Part shown: piece after piece, positions 17,705 to 24,863 of the stretch | Position numbering within the stretch: position 1 is the stretch's first letter | Layout: each line of letters begins with the position of its first letter | Assembly: GCA_902765885.1 (NCBI GenBank) | Contig: CACXBN010000186.1 | Coordinates: 1-35,726 of the forward strand | DNA from: an uncultured Ruminococcus sp. | GTDB taxonomy: Bacteria > Bacillota > Clostridia > Oscillospirales > CAG-272 | Direction: 5' to 3' | DNA length: 35,726 bases | Notes under the pieces: generated by a model | What the model was told of the DNA's origin: nothing | What the model saw: only the letters and a program-made list of their open reading frames with translations | Database searches by the model: none | Translations under genes and position numbers: made by a program

Positions 17705-18472
17705 TTACCTATCGATGACAGGTCTTACTACCACTATGTTTTTGTCGGTTACTGATACGACTTGCACGCTTGTTCCCGTTTTTAATTTTTCGTCGTGATC
17801 CGTTACAGCTTCAAGTTCCACGAATCTGTCCTGGAGAAGCATTGTTATTTTTCCGATGCCGCTTCTGTTCGGAGGAATGGGTATGTACACTTCTCCCATG
17901 TGAGCTATGGCGTTTCTCACTGATATTGTTCCGTTTTCCTGAAGCTTAAGGGATAGTTTGATCACCAGCGCACAGAACAGCAAGGCTATAAAGCCACCGG
18001 CAAAGGATATGAGAATACTGGGAACAATATTCATCCCAGAATCCACCATGGCTATTCCTAGCCAACCACCCACTGCGAGAAATGCTACTATTCCGCGTAT
18101 TGTGAACAGTCTCAGACCGGCTGCGTGATGTGAGCCGGAACCATGCGATGACGTGTTAACATCATTTCGGTCGCCAACTTCAAAATGCGATTCTGCTTCG
18201 GGAGTCTCGCTCATATCGATTTCCGCCTCATCTATTTCGGCATCCATATCGACATCCGTGTCAGCATCAGTGTCAATGTCACCGTCTGAATCCGCATCTG
18301 TGGAGAAATCGTGGTCGGCTTCACCGTTATCAAATTCGCTTTCGTGGCCTCCGAGACCCACTATAAGCATGATTGTCTGGATTATGAGTATCAATGTGGC
18401 GGGGATTGCTACACTTGCAAGTATCTGCTGCAGCAGCGTCAACCCTTCCCACCAGTTTGTAAACCACTGCAT
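17705..18472 (-). CDS. NfeD-family membrane protein with an acidic loop insertion
   Basis: Hydrophobic helices plus a C-terminal NfeD-type OB segment, GEVYIPIPPNRSGIGKITMLLQDRFVELEAVTDHDEKLKTGTSVQVVSVTDKNIVVVRP. It sits immediately upstream of the flotillin gene. The start overlaps the upstream stop as TAATG. Confidence 0.75.
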   Translation of the reverse strand: MQWFTNWWEGLTLLQQILASVAIPATLILIIQTIMLIVGLGGHESEFDNGEADHDFSTDADSDGDIDTDADTDVDMDAEIDEAEIDMSETPEAESHFEVGDRNDVNTSSHGSGSHHAAGLRLFTIRGIVAFLAVGGWLGIAMVDSGMNIVPSILISFAGGFIALLFCALVIKLSLKLQENGTISVRNAIAHMGEVYIPIPPNRSGIGKITMLLQDRFVELEAVTDHDEKLKTGTSVQVVSVTDKNIVVVRPVIDR

Positions 18473-19038
18473 TATCTGGTCCTCTCTTTCAGTTGATTGA
18501 AATACAGTTCAGCATTTTTTTTAAGAGTGCATGAATGATAGGCATTCAGCATGACGAGGAGCGCGAGAGTAAGTCTCTGCTCTGCATCAGAATAGTATTT
18601 CAGATTATATTGGGATATGGTCTCCTTGATAGTATCGCGCAAAGCCTTTTCATAGGAGCTGTCGGCTGTTTTGTATATTACTTCGCAGACACAGTCATAA
18701 AGATCCTGCTCGGATATTAGTTCGTCCTTCTCATCATCTGTGACGCCGTTGATCATGCCGAGAAGCTTGCCGATGTCGTCGATGCTCATCGAATCTCTCA
18801 TCATACTTATAATGAGTATTCTTGCGACATGCCTTGCGTAATACTTTTTCTTTATTGTGTGAGGAACAAAATTCCTTTTAACCCAGTTTTGGATGGTGGA
18901 TGGCTCAAGGCCTGTTATGGCACAAACCTGTGAAAGAGACAGGCCGTCAGCGGCAGAAATCATGGGACTTAACAAAGAAAACGGTCTCATCTGGTTTTTA
19001 TCTGACGGAATTATGGTTCCCGGAATATAATTGTTCAT
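18472..19038 (-). CDS. DUF1836-like protein with a putative MerR-like helix-turn-helix
   Basis: The segment ITGLEPSTIQNWVKRNFVPHTIKKKYYARHVARILIISMMRDSMSIDDI matches my recollection of the DUF1836 core (IT.SMINNYVK.GLIP.P.KKKYSREHLA.LI.I..LK..LSI..I). This was not searched. SD GGAGG lies upstream. Confidence 0.55.
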   Translation of the reverse strand: MNNYIPGTIIPSDKNQMRPFSLLSPMISAADGLSLSQVCAITGLEPSTIQNWVKRNFVPHTIKKKYYARHVARILIISMMRDSMSIDDIGKLLGMINGVTDDEKDELISEQDLYDCVCEVIYKTADSSYEKALRDTIKETISQYNLKYYSDAEQRLTLALLVMLNAYHSCTLKKNAELYFNQLKERTR

Positions 19039-19072
19039 TGGTTGTCACGCCTCCATCTCTTGAGTTTACATG

Positions 19073-19101
19073 ATTATATCACAAGTTCACGTGAACCGCA
19101 A
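19073..19101 (-). promoter_or_regulatory. Sigma-A promoter of the DUF1836-NfeD-flotillin operon
   Basis: On the minus strand: -35 TTGCGG (19101-19096), 17-nt spacer, extended -10 TGaTATAAT (TATAAT at 19078-19073), about 35 nt upstream of ATG 19038. Confidence 0.55.
19085..19096. promoter_or_regulatory. Perfect 12-bp palindrome GTTCACGTGAAC inside the promoter spacer (candidate operator)
   Basis: The sequence is its own reverse complement. It lies between the -35 and -10 elements called above. Confidence 0.4.
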
Positions 19102-19408
19102 TAGTTTTTTGAAAAAAATGATTATTATTTTAACGATTATGTCTTGCATGAAATTTGACATATCCAGAAAAAGAATAAAAATACGGAAACGAATGGAATT
19201 TTCATTATTTATTCATTTTTGCATATGCTTTGCGTGCCGACAAACATCATCGGATTTTGAATTTCAGATCCCGGAATATTCATAAATTGCCTTCAAAATG
19301 CGCTAAATACAGCCTTTTTTGAATTTTTGAAGGAAATGAATTTCAAACTTGTCAAAACAAAATGGAAACTATTTTATCACCTTTTTTTAATATTGAATCA
19401 AAAAATAC

Positions 19409-19437
19409 TTGTAATTTTTTTTTTACTGTGGTAAAAT
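19409..19437 (+). promoter_or_regulatory. Candidate sigma-A promoter for the ABC binding-protein gene
   Basis: -35 TTGTAA (19409-19414), 17-nt T-rich spacer, extended -10 TGgTAAAAT (TAAAAT at 19432-19437). The region is AT-rich, so chance matches are likely. Confidence 0.35.
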
Positions 19438-19544
19438 TATCGAAAGTCTTAATATAGGAAGAATGTCTAAAGAATTTCTGAATATATTTGACTGAAAATG
19501 TATTATTCGCAACAGCGTCTAATATAAAATTTTTTTGGAGGAAG

Positions 19545-22139
19545 ATGAAAACCATGAGTAAGAATCTTGCTAAGTTCCTTGCGTTCATGCTTGTCGTTGT
19601 GATGGTCTTCTCTCTGGTAGCTTGTAACACAACAACTCCACCAGTAGATACAAAGGATACCACACCAACTCCTGACACCAAGGACACCACACCAACTCCT
19701 GACACCCAGGAAACAGAACCTGACACTCAGGAAACAGAACCTGAAGCAGATCCTCTCGAAGGCAAAGGCTCACTTGAGTATCCTGCATTCAATGTTGGAT
19801 CTCTCGAAGTCGCTCTCGGATCAGCTGATGGCGGTGAAGTCGGATATGACGTCTACGCAGGAGTAGAAGGCAAAGACTATACCGACGAAGAAGTTTACAC
19901 ATTCCATGATTATACCGCTGGAATGTCCAACCTCAACTGGAACCCACTTTCATGGGAAACAAATGATGACAGTGCTATCCTCGACTACCTCAGCAGAGGT
20001 TTCTACGGATTTGAACTCAATTCTGACAAGACAGGTTGGTCAATCACATGTGAAATGGCTGAAGAACTTCCTGTTGACGTAACTGCAGACTATGTCGGAC
20101 AGTACGGCATCAAAGAAGGCGAAACAGCAAAAGCATGGAAAATCAAACTCAACGAGCTTGCAACCTGGAATGATGGAACTCCCATCAACGCTGATACATA
20201 TATTTACTCTTATCAGCAGCTCCTCGATCCCGCACAGCTCAACAGACGTGCTGACTCCCTCTATGCAGGTAACTTTGCTATTGTTGGCGCAGTTAACTAC
20301 TTCAACCAGGGCAGAGAAGCTTACAATGCTCTCGGCCAGCTCGTAGCTGATTATGAAGCAGCAGGCGGAAATGTTGATGATCTGTACATTGACGCAGTAG
20401 GCTTCTGGAATGCAGCTGGTTATATCGACGCTGAAGGCAACGAAGTTTCTCAGTATGTATCTGTAACAGACGAAACAGAATATTCCAAAGACGGTGCAGG
20501 TGACGATGCATTCTCAGGAAAGTCGCTCTATGACGAATACTTCGCACCGGGTGCACAATATGAATCATATGCTCCCGATTACTGCTTCACAAAGCAGACA
20601 TACGAAGCTAACTACAGCTGGGACAATGTTGGTATTCTCAAGACAGGTGAATATGAGATCGTTCTCATAACAACTGCTCCTACAGAAATGCCTAACTACT
20701 ATGTTCCTTACAATCTTTCCAGCACATACCTTGTAAAGGAAGATCTGTACGAATCCCTCAAGAATCCGGACGACCCGAAGGTTAACACATACGGCACTTC
20801 TCTTGAAACAACAGCTTCATACGGTCCGTATATGATGACATACTTCGAACTTGACAAGAAGTACGTTCTTTCACGTAACGAGAACTGGTATGGTTATAAA
20901 GATGGCAAACACCTCGGCCAGTACCAGACAGACATTATAGACGTTCAGCTCATCGCTCAGCAGGCTACAGCTCTTCTCGCATTCCTTAACGGCGAAATAG
21001 ACAACGTATCACTTGTTGCAGCTGATATGACTAAATACGGTGCAAGCGATTATATCCGCTATACACCACAGTCCTACACAACAAAACTTACATTCAACTC
21101 TGATGAAACATCCCTTGCAAGCCGTGAAGGCAAGAACGCAATCGTTCTTTCCAACCTTAACTTCCGTAAGGCATTCTCCCTTGCAATCGACCGTACAACA
21201 TTTGCTCAGTCCTATACTGCTGCAGGTTCTGCAGGTTACGGTATGCTGAACTACATGTATGTTTATGATCCGTTCACCGGTGCATCTTATCGTAACTCCG
21301 ATGGTGCAAAGGCTGCTATCGTTGATCTCTATGGACTTACATATGGCGAAGACGGTGACTTTGAAGACGTTGACGAAGCTTACGATGCAGTAACAGGTTA
21401 TGACCTCGAAGCAGCACACGAAGCTATGCAGCTCGCTTATGACGAACTGACAGCTGAAGGCGTTTACGACGGCGGAAACGTAACACTCGTTCTCTCTGTT
21501 TACTCTTCAGATGACACATATATCCAGATGTTCAACTATCTGAATTCAGCTCTCCAGGCAGCTGCAGAAGGAACTGACTTCGAAGGCAAAGTTGCTCTCG
21601 AGATGAAAGTTGACGCTGACTACTATGATTCCATGTACTCCGGTAATGCAGACATCATCTTCTCCACATGGGGCGGAGCTGCATACTCACCATTCACACT
21701 GCTGTATGAATGCTACTGTGATGCAGGAATAAATGATGACCCGAACCAGATGGAATACGGTTTCGATTCCAGCAAGGTTATGATAGCTCTTAAGATCAAC
21801 GGTCACCAGTTCGTTGAAAGTCTCCAGAGATGGGCTCTTTGGATGGATGCTCAGGATATCACAATCACATCTACGGATGGTGAACTTACACTCGATGCAT
21901 TCGGCAACTATGATGCTGATTCCAGATGTGCTATATTCGCTAAGATGGAATATGTATATCTTGCAAACTATGTAAATACTCCTTTATACTATCGTAACGT
22001 TGGTTCTCTTGTTTCCCAGAAGGGTGATTACGCTCTTCAGGAATATGTAGACCTTATCGGATTCGGTGGTATCCAATTCTACACCTACAACTACTCTGAC
22101 GCTGAATGGGCAGAGGTTGCAGGCACACTTCAGTATTAA
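19545..22139 (+). CDS. ABC transporter substrate-binding lipoprotein, family 5 (OppA/DppA-like), unusually large
   Basis: Signal peptide plus lipobox MKTMSKNLAKFLAFMLVVVMVFSLVAC. Family-5 style segments GPYMMTYFELDKKYVLSRNENWYG and LNGEIDNVSL. The ORF opens at TTG 19488, but ATG 19545 (or ATG 19554) follows GGAGG 19537-19541. Confidence 0.88.
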   Translation: MKTMSKNLAKFLAFMLVVVMVFSLVACNTTTPPVDTKDTTPTPDTKDTTPTPDTQETEPDTQETEPEADPLEGKGSLEYPAFNVGSLEVALGSADGGEVGYDVYAGVEGKDYTDEEVYTFHDYTAGMSNLNWNPLSWETNDDSAILDYLSRGFYGFELNSDKTGWSITCEMAEELPVDVTADYVGQYGIKEGETAKAWKIKLNELATWNDGTPINADTYIYSYQQLLDPAQLNRRADSLYAGNFAIVGAVNYFNQGREAYNALGQLVADYEAAGGNVDDLYIDAVGFWNAAGYIDAEGNEVSQYVSVTDETEYSKDGAGDDAFSGKSLYDEYFAPGAQYESYAPDYCFTKQTYEANYSWDNVGILKTGEYEIVLITTAPTEMPNYYVPYNLSSTYLVKEDLYESLKNPDDPKVNTYGTSLETTASYGPYMMTYFELDKKYVLSRNENWYGYKDGKHLGQYQTDIIDVQLIAQQATALLAFLNGEIDNVSLVAADMTKYGASDYIRYTPQSYTTKLTFNSDETSLASREGKNAIVLSNLNFRKAFSLAIDRTTFAQSYTAAGSAGYGMLNYMYVYDPFTGASYRNSDGAKAAIVDLYGLTYGEDGDFEDVDEAYDAVTGYDLEAAHEAMQLAYDELTAEGVYDGGNVTLVLSVYSSDDTYIQMFNYLNSALQAAAEGTDFEGKVALEMKVDADYYDSMYSGNADIIFSTWGGAAYSPFTLLYECYCDAGINDDPNQMEYGFDSSKVMIALKINGHQFVESLQRWALWMDAQDITITSTDGELTLDAFGNYDADSRCAIFAKMEYVYLANYVNTPLYYRNVGSLVSQKGDYALQEYVDLIGFGGIQFYTYNYSDAEWAEVAGTLQY
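19647..19742 (+). repeat. In-frame tandem repeats in the lipoprotein linker (2 x 27 bp, then 2 x 21 bp)
   Basis: These encode DTKDTTPTP-DTKDTTPTP-DTQETEP-DTQETEP directly after the lipobox Cys. The copies differ only at synonymous positions. Confidence 0.9.
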
Positions 22140-22185
22140 TCTGAACCAAGATTACTGATTAAACACTATTAAGTGTTCGACGCCG

Positions 22186-22228
22186 CGGTCACGGGCACTG
22201 TTCCCGTGACCGTGTTGCGTTATTTTTT
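22186..22228 (+). terminator. Hairpin attenuator or partial terminator between the binding-protein gene and the permease genes
   Basis: CGGTCACGGG (22186-22195) / CCCGTGACCG (22203-22212), a 10-bp perfect stem with a 7-nt loop. A TTTTTT run lies 10 nt downstream (22223-22228). Confidence 0.55.
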
Positions 22229-22365
22229 GATTTACGAGCAATTGGTTTATTTATTATTTTTAATTACTTATCTTCGAAAACTACACTTACTTAAGTGATA
22301 ATATATATAATTTAGCGGGTTTTTAGTGATTCTGCTAAAAAATTCCAAATAAGGAAAACACTAAA

Positions 22366-23319
22366 ATGACGAAGTATGTTCTTAAAAGAATAGTGTTGAT
22401 GATCTTCACTTTTCTCATCATTACAACAATATGTTTTATCCTTATTAAGCTGCTTCCGCTGCCTGCCATCAAACAGATGGGCCGAGATGTGAGTCTGATT
22501 GAAAAGCGCAGGGAGGAAATGGGATACAACAAGCCCATTATGGTACAGTATGGTCTGTACTGGCAGCATCTTCTCAAGGGTAATCTGGGCCTCGGTGAGC
22601 AAATGTATGTCTCACTTGAAGTGTCCGATGTTATTTTGCAGAAACTGCCGTATACCATAGTAGTTAACCTGTACTCGTTTATCATTTCTGTACCTTTAGG
22701 CCTGCTTTTGGGCATATATGCGGCACTTAAGAAAAACACCTGGAAGGATCACTTAATTTCCACGCTTGTTATTATATTTATTTCGGTTCCTTCCTATGTA
22801 TATGCATTTTTGGTGCAATATCTGCTATGCTTCAAGGCAGGATGGTTCCCGTTAACCATTGCTTCACAGCAGGAAGCTACGCTGTTCTCATGGAAAATGT
22901 TCCATTCAATGCTTCCTGCGGTTATCTCACTCGGATTCGGAACAGTTGCGGGATTGACGAGGTTTACCAGAGCAGAGCTGAGTGAAGTTCTCACAGGGGA
23001 TTATCTGCTACTTGCGAGAACGAAGGGACTCACAAAGAACCAGGCCATTGTAAGACATGCTTTGCGAAATGCCATGGTTCCTATTTTGCCTATGATTTTG
23101 GGCGAGTTTGTCGGTATTATCGGCGGGTCGCTTATTATAGAATCTATTTTCTCAATTCCGGGCATAGGAAATCTGTTTGTCCAGTCCATAAATTTGCGGG
23201 ACTATAACTTCTTCATGGCTGACACTGTAATTTATACTCTTATAGGACTTGTTGCCGGCCTTGTCATAGATTTAAGCTATGGCTTTATTGATCCTAGAAT
23301 AAAGATGGGGGCGAGATAA
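22366..23319 (+). CDS. ABC transporter permease, OppB/DppB-like
   Basis: N-terminus MTKYVLKRIVLMIFTFLIITTICFILIKLLP is typical of OppB. 317 aa and polytopic. The stop overlaps the next start (TAATG). Confidence 0.9.
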   Translation: MTKYVLKRIVLMIFTFLIITTICFILIKLLPLPAIKQMGRDVSLIEKRREEMGYNKPIMVQYGLYWQHLLKGNLGLGEQMYVSLEVSDVILQKLPYTIVVNLYSFIISVPLGLLLGIYAALKKNTWKDHLISTLVIIFISVPSYVYAFLVQYLLCFKAGWFPLTIASQQEATLFSWKMFHSMLPAVISLGFGTVAGLTRFTRAELSEVLTGDYLLLARTKGLTKNQAIVRHALRNAMVPILPMILGEFVGIIGGSLIIESIFSIPGIGNLFVQSINLRDYNFFMADTVIYTLIGLVAGLVIDLSYGFIDPRIKMGAR

Positions 23320-24863
23320 TGGATATTAATAACATTCCAAAAGAAAAATTTCGCCTTGCCAATACATCTGACAGAATCAGTGATAAAAAGTTTGCTACAA
23401 AGCCGATAGGATACTTCAAGGACGCAATGATTCGTTTTTCAAAGAACAAATCATCTGTTGCGGCAACAATTATCATTTTTATATTGCTTCTTTATGCTAT
23501 TTTCGTTCCGATTTTTTCTCCGTACACTGTTTCGGACAGGGATGGCTATTATAAAATGGCTCTTCCGAAGTCAACATTGTTCGCATGGCTGGGCTGGGAT
23601 GGCTGCGGAGAACAGAAAGAAACACAGGCAGGGTATGATTATTACAACGGTATCGGACAGGAGTACGGAACAAGTGCTGTTGTAAAAGAAAACTCCACAT
23701 CTGTTGATGCGGCTACAGGTCAGGTGTACCACAATATATACGTTGACTCATATGAAAAAGTTGGCTTTGTTTATGCTGACCTGCACGCTGATGCATACGA
23801 AAAGTTGCAGAGGTATCAGGATGAAACAGGAATTCAGGTCCTTTATCCAATACCCACATACTACAAAACTCAGTTTGTAGCTGTGTCAAGCACGGCAAAT
23901 CTCTGGTATGAGCTTGAAAACGAAAGACCTGAAACATCCGGAGCTTCTAAGTATCATGATGAACAGGGCAACCCGATATATGTTCCTTCATATTTAACCA
24001 ATAAGAATAAGGAAAGAGCAGGGTATACATCGACTGTCAGACTTCCGAATGACAACGGCGGGGAAGACGGTGAGAGCTGGTTCGTGTATGCGGTAAAGAA
24101 TCAGACAGGGTACCATGTTCGTGTTCTGTATAAGGAGTATTACAGATATTTACACGGACACTATGCATCATTCCTGTTCGGCACCAACCAACATGGTCAG
24201 GATATCCTGGTAAGTCTGGCGTCAGGTGCTAGACTATCGTTTATCCTTGCTATCAGCGTATCGGTTATCAACTTCTTTATCGGTATAATTTACGGCGCTG
24301 TGTCGGGATACTACGGCGGTGCAGTGGACCTTATCATGGAGCGAATCACGGATATACTGAGCTCGATTCCTTTCATTGTCGTTGCGACACTGTTCCAGAT
24401 GCACCTGTCTGAAAAAGTCGGTCCTTTGGTGAGTTTGCTGTTTGCATTCGTACTGACCGGCTGGATTGGCATAGCATCCAGAGTTAGAACACAGTTCTAC
24501 AGATTTAAAAATCAGGAGTACATTCTGGCAGCCAGAACACTTGGAGCTAAAGACAGAAGACTTATTTTCCGTCATATTCTCCCCAACTCTCTCGGTACTA
24601 TCATCACCGGTACTGTCCTGATTATCCCGGGTGTAATCTTCTCAGAATCCATGCTTTCATACCTCGGTATCATCAACCTTGAGACTACAGGTATGACAAG
24701 TGTCGGTACGCTTCTTGCCCAGGGGCAGAGTTATCTGTCTAAGTTCCCGCATATAATTTTGTTCCCCTCATTGTTTATTTCGCTTCTCGAGATATCCTTC
24801 AACCTCTTCGGTAATGGTCTCAGAGATGCATTCAATCCTTCACTGAGAGGAGCTGATGAATAA
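23319..24863 (+). CDS. ABC transporter permease, OppC/DppC-like, with an enlarged extracytoplasmic loop
   Basis: OppC-type N-terminus (FKDAMIRFSKNKSSVAATIIIF) and the conserved LFGTNQHGQDILVSL (GTD..GRD equivalent). The C-terminal permease core carries an EAA-like region (AARTLGAKDRRLIFRHILPNS). 514 aa. Confidence 0.9.
   Translation: MDINNIPKEKFRLANTSDRISDKKFATKPIGYFKDAMIRFSKNKSSVAATIIIFILLLYAIFVPIFSPYTVSDRDGYYKMALPKSTLFAWLGWDGCGEQKETQAGYDYYNGIGQEYGTSAVVKENSTSVDAATGQVYHNIYVDSYEKVGFVYADLHADAYEKLQRYQDETGIQVLYPIPTYYKTQFVAVSSTANLWYELENERPETSGASKYHDEQGNPIYVPSYLTNKNKERAGYTSTVRLPNDNGGEDGESWFVYAVKNQTGYHVRVLYKEYYRYLHGHYASFLFGTNQHGQDILVSLASGARLSFILAISVSVINFFIGIIYGAVSGYYGGAVDLIMERITDILSSIPFIVVATLFQMHLSEKVGPLVSLLFAFVLTGWIGIASRVRTQFYRFKNQEYILAARTLGAKDRRLIFRHILPNSLGTIITGTVLIIPGVIFSESMLSYLGIINLETTGMTSVGTLLAQGQSYLSKFPHIILFPSLFISLLEISFNLFGNGLRDAFNPSLRGADE

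Noticed and set aside
18153-18500. 115-aa + strand ORF antisense to the NfeD acidic loop
   Set aside because: This is the same shadow-ORF effect, here from the Asp-rich coding region. The Ser-rich sequence is low complexity and has no translation signals.
19070-19726. ORFs of 71 aa (+) and 124 aa (-) in the AT-rich intergenic region and at the 5' end of the binding-protein gene
   Set aside because: They have no SD and an AT-driven Ile/Lys/Phe-rich composition. The minus ORF overlaps the real lipoprotein signal peptide and repeat linker. The region is better explained as a divergent promoter region.
19647-19742. Short tandem repeats considered as a possible CRISPR array or minisatellite
   Set aside because: The units are directly adjacent with no spacers, are in frame, and encode a Thr/Pro/Asp linker inside a CDS. 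No cas genes are present.
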